Positions 62,090 to 64,000 of a DNA stretch of 64,000 nt are shown piece after piece. Source of the stretch: Promethearchaeota archaeon (GTDB lineage: Archaea > Asgardarchaeota > Lokiarchaeia > Sigyniarchaeales > SOKP01); the NCBI GenBank assembly GCA_029838195.1, contig JALGVJ010000016.1:1-64000 (forward strand), read 5' to 3'. Both the position numbers and the translations under genes were made by a program. The notes under the pieces were generated by a model that worked only from the letters and a program-made list of their open reading frames with translations, had not been told where the DNA came from and did no database searches. Each line of letters begins with the position of its first letter. Position 1 is the first letter of the stretch.

Positions 62090-62314
62090 TCAATTCATTA
62101 ATGTCAATTCGTTGATCATTAAGATTCTTTTTTGACATTTTTCTTGCTTGGTATTAAAGTCAATTTCAAAAATTTCGATGACTCCCTCATCATCTTTAGG
62201 GATGTAATCCATGATGGCTTTTACGACTTCTTCCATGGTATAACGATTAATTTTTAAACTTTTCTTTCCCTTGCCTTTAAATATAGCCCGATAAAATTTA
62301 TTATAAGACTGCAT
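62090..62314 (-). CDS. Small hypothetical protein
   Basis: 74-aa ORF alone in an intergenic gap, with protein-like composition. Confidence 0.5.
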   Translation of the reverse strand: MQSYNKFYRAIFKGKGKKSLKINRYTMEEVVKAIMDYIPKDDEGVIEIFEIDFNTKQEKCQKRILMINELTLMN

Positions 62315-62545
62315 GGTAAAGAACCTACAAATGTTAGGTAATAGAAGATGTATTTAAATCCAAACAAAAACAAACATTTATATACCATGAATCAAATCTA
62401 CCATGAAATGAAAGTTAAAGGGATTTGAAAATAATGCAGTGTCTGACCCCTAATTCTTGAAAAACTTAATTTAAGCTGCCGGATAAGAATAAATAAATTA
62501 TAAAAAATATTTTCTAATATATTTATAAAGGATGGCTTAAAAAAC

Positions 62546-63457
62546 ATGAAGCAGAAAAGTACTCTTCCGCAACCAAAAGATAATCTTAAATTTATTGACG
62601 TCCATTGTCACCTTCCTTTTCCAAGACCGGCAAGAGATACACTTCCTTCGGATATGGCCCAGATAGAATCTTATTTCAAAATGGGAGGTCTCTATCTGAT
62701 TTCTAGTACCATAGACATGTATACCCTTAAATTAACGTTAAAATTTAAAAAAAATATGAAAAATTATGGGTTCACCTGTGGATGGGCGCCTCAAACCGTG
62801 ACATATACCTCGAAAAAGGAGCATGAACTCCAATGGAAGGAATGGAAGAAATATGTAAACGACCATCCCCATGAATTTTTAGCCATTGGAGAAATTGGCT
62901 TAGATTTTCATCATGCTACAACCTTGGAAAAGCGAGAAAAACAAGTAGATGTGCTGAAAAAAATTTTTGAATTTACAATTCCCTTAGAAAAACCGTATGT
63001 ATTACACGTGAGAAATGCCGCCGCCCCTAAGGAGATAGATAAAGCCCATCCTGATCATGAATTTAATCATGAAGATGGCGCAAACAAAGAAATTTTAAGA
63101 ATTATTAAGGAATTTCGCATTCCTCCTCAAAGAGTCATGTGGCATTGCTTTTCTGGCCCTCAGAAGTATGGTAAGATCCTTTCTCAACAAGGTTTTACAT
63201 TATCCGTTCCGAGTTCGGCATTTGGCTTCAAAAAATGGAGAGAAGTAATCAAAGAAGCCTCTTTAAGTTCGTTAGTTACGGAAACGGATAGCTATTATCA
63301 ACATCCTTTCAAAAGAGGTCCCATAAACGTTCCAGCAAATGTGAGATATTCTATTGCGGCCATTGCTTTTACTCTTGATGTATCCCAAGAAGAGGTAAGC
63401 AAAACGACAATTGAAAACGCTAAGAATTTTTTTAATCTTGAACTTGAAGCCTCTTGA
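62546..63457 (+). CDS. tatD: TatD family metallo-hydrolase/DNase
   Basis: IDVHCH, AIGEIGLDF, LHVR, HCFSG, ETDS. Confidence 0.92.
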   Translation: MKQKSTLPQPKDNLKFIDVHCHLPFPRPARDTLPSDMAQIESYFKMGGLYLISSTIDMYTLKLTLKFKKNMKNYGFTCGWAPQTVTYTSKKEHELQWKEWKKYVNDHPHEFLAIGEIGLDFHHATTLEKREKQVDVLKKIFEFTIPLEKPYVLHVRNAAAPKEIDKAHPDHEFNHEDGANKEILRIIKEFRIPPQRVMWHCFSGPQKYGKILSQQGFTLSVPSSAFGFKKWREVIKEASLSSLVTETDSYYQHPFKRGPINVPANVRYSIAAIAFTLDVSQEEVSKTTIENAKNFFNLELEAS

Positions 63458-63484
63458 AAAACACGACGAGATCTTATTTTAATG

Positions 63485-63877
63485 TTATTTTCTAGTTTCT
63501 AATACGTGGTGTTTTGGTATGAAGCAAGTGAATTCTCCCTCAAACACGCTTGAATTTTCAAATCTCACGTCGACATGAACAAAAATTTTTTTCCCTTCCT
63601 TTTTGGTAATAATGGCTTCAGCAATAATTGTTTGCCCTTCTCTGACAGGTTTAAGAAATTTAACATGTGCCGCTCCTAATACCACGTTTGGATGATTTAT
63701 TGCAAGCATTGCAGCATGGTCGGCTAAACTAAAGATGAATCCCCCATGTATGAGCCCGGTCTTATCTGCACGCATTTTATTAGTTGTCAGGAGTTCTATT
63801 TTGCTATATCCTTCTTGTAATAAAATGGGTGTTCCGCTTAACTCTTTATTAATCTCTTCATGTGTTTGTTGTTTCAT
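63485..63877 (-). CDS. PaaI-family hotdog-fold thioesterase
   Basis: HGGFIFSLAD, FLKPV. Confidence 0.92.
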   Translation of the reverse strand: MKQQTHEEINKELSGTPILLQEGYSKIELLTTNKMRADKTGLIHGGFIFSLADHAAMLAINHPNVVLGAAHVKFLKPVREGQTIIAEAIITKKEGKKIFVHVDVRFENSSVFEGEFTCFIPKHHVLETRK

Positions 63878-64000
63878 GGACTCACGTCTCTTATCGTTCT
63901 AAATAATAATTTTAGAAAAAAAAAGGTGAGAAAATAATGATTTATTACTCATCCATTATTTTTCCATATTATTAAAAAAACCTTGAATGATAAAAAAAAT

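Overview
AT-rich archaeal chromosomal segment. The gene content points to an Asgard archaeon of Lokiarchaeia type (inference): expanded PAS/GAF histidine kinases with stand-alone receivers, GPH-type MFS transporters, HEPN/MNT pairs, a wHTH-V4R-like regulator, DUF35 plus thiolase, and GGTGA/GAGG ribosome-binding sites. It holds about 55 CDSs. These include a two-component signalling cluster (0.7-11.5 kb), an ArsR-linked ferredoxin/ubiquitin-fold locus, a pair of atypical M28 hydrolases with a transporter, acyl-CoA metabolism genes (methylmalonyl-CoA mutase large subunit, sucCD, Cys-less thiolase, korDABC, three 2-hydroxyacyl-CoA dehydratase subunits), one complete IS66-family element with TIRs and an 8-bp TSD, and several gene remnants. 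I recognised no tRNA, rRNA or CRISPR array. The best novelty candidates are: (1) a coiled-coil + polyproline + WH2/VASP-like helix protein (103-675) that looks like an actin regulator; (2) an HgcB-like Cys-rich ferredoxin and a Gly-Cys-terminated ubiquitin-fold protein divergent from arsR; (3) an EamA-RAM fusion with a stand-alone RAM partner; (4) an IS66 transposase with an N-terminal hydrophobic helix; (5) three genes that seem to need non-canonical ATA/ATT/ACG starts; (6) a structured intergenic region complementary to the 16S rRNA 3' end.
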